Assembly: GCF_004010195.1 (NCBI RefSeq)
Contig: NC_057750.1
Location: 14,545,086 to 14,565,085 of the forward strand
Reading direction: 5' to 3'
DNA: 20,000 nucleotides
Origin: Chiloscyllium plagiosum
Taxonomy: Eukaryota
Shown: positions 19,141 through 20,000 of the stretch, in pieces
Position numbering within the stretch: position 1 is the stretch's first letter
Layout of the letters: each line of letters begins with the position of its first letter
Notes under the pieces: generated by a model
What the model was told of the DNA's origin: nothing
The model's database searches: none
Seen by the model: only the letters and a program-made list of their open reading frames with translations
Program-made: the position numbers and the translations under genes

Positions 19141-19341
19141 TTGTTTTTCTTCCTCACCCCCACACTACTGCCTAACCACAGTAGTGCTTATATTTTCCCC
19201 AGCCCCCATGTTGTGTGTCTGTGCGGGTGTGAGACACAGTGAAAGACAATAGCTGTATAAATCTTGATTCAATTTCCATCGCCAGGAAAAAGGAGATACC
19301 AAGGTGGCCAGTGAAAAGCGGTGCCCATCTCATCAAAGGGT
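19141..19341 (-). mobile_element. Probable 3'UTR fragment of a second Tx1-like LINE family with terminal stem-loop
   Basis: T-rich end at 19141 (A-rich tail on minus) and a perfect hairpin CACTACTG-cctaacca-CAGTAGTG at 19163-19186. Family assignment is from recall only. Confidence 0.5.
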
Positions 19342-19607
19342 TTTATTAAGGAGCATCAATTGAAGACTGATATGAGGAGGAATGATTTCTCTCAGAGGAT
19401 CGTAAGCCTTTGGAACTCCTTGCCCCAGAGAGTACTTGTATATATTTAAGGCTGACTTAGATAGATTCTTGATCAGTCAGGGAATCATGGGATAGGGAAA
19501 GGGCAGGAAAGTGAACGTGAGGAATACGGGATCAGCTGGATCAGAACGGTGCAGCAAGCTTGAGGGGCTGAATGGCCTACTCCTGTTCCCATTTGCTATG
19601 GTCTTAT
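19342..19607 (+). mobile_element. CR1 3' fragment
   Basis: gaagactgatatgaggaggaatgatttctctcagagg...tggaactccttgccccagagag...gaggggctgaatggcctactcctg. Confidence 0.88.
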
Positions 19608-19899
19608 AAATATCGGATAATCCGGTTCGATGAAAAAGTCTTGGGACTGGCTGTGCTGAGCATGAAGTTGATGAATTTTAATGCCCTCCCCTCTCCCCAC
19701 CCTTCCCAATTTCCACCTTCTCTTCTAATTCACCTGGGCCAGAAAATTCTGGAACGGCATCTCCTTCAGTCTTCCTTCCTTCCAACAAGATAAAGGGTTA
19801 AAGGGTTTAGTGGATATTTAACTACATCAAAGGGGCTATACAAATACACGTCGTTGTTGGTTGCCACAAGTACAAAAGGGAAAGAAGGGTAGCAAAGAG

Positions 19900-20000
19900 G
19901 AGTGGGGTCACTGAGGGGAGGGGGGCAGTGATGGGAGAGGGGAGTGGGCACTGAGGGGAGGGGGGCAGTGATGGGAGAGGGGAGTGGGCACTGAGGGGAG
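19900..20000. repeat. G-rich 40-bp minisatellite, runs off the window end
   Basis: Unit ggagtgggcactgaggggaggggggcagtgatgggagagg (19941-19980); at least 2.5 copies with exact period 40. Confidence 0.95.

Noticed and set aside
19620..19655. Possible second hammerhead remnant (cgatgaaaaagtc...gact)
   Set aside because: Lacks a proper CUGANGA and downstream GAAA; too short and degenerate to support.

Overview
Eukaryotic, repeat-rich vertebrate DNA. The repeat families (HE1-type tRNA SINEs, Deu-domain/SacSINE1-like SINEs, many CR1/HER1-like LINEs, Tx1-clade LINEs, Penelope-like fragments) point to a cartilaginous fish (shark); family names are from memory, not a database search. The only convincing host-gene feature is missed by the ORF track: a + strand terminal coding exon (979-1074, [31 protein letters not shown]; gene not recognised). 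It has a good splice acceptor and a ~1.6 kb TE-free 3'UTR with conserved-family miRNA seed sites and AATAAA at 2664. The intron upstream holds a clean 506-bp solo LTR (TG...CA, 5-bp TSD) inserted into a Penelope-like repeat with a decayed hammerhead-ribozyme motif. From ~3.1 kb on, the window is mostly decayed, often nested retroelements, minisatellites and a few unique islands, one with an NF-Y/E-box promoter-like module and a strong splice donor. Nearly all ORF-track entries are TE remnants or spurious. I found no intact novel multi-gene system, CRISPR array or RNA gene. TE boundaries are approximate unless a TSD is given.
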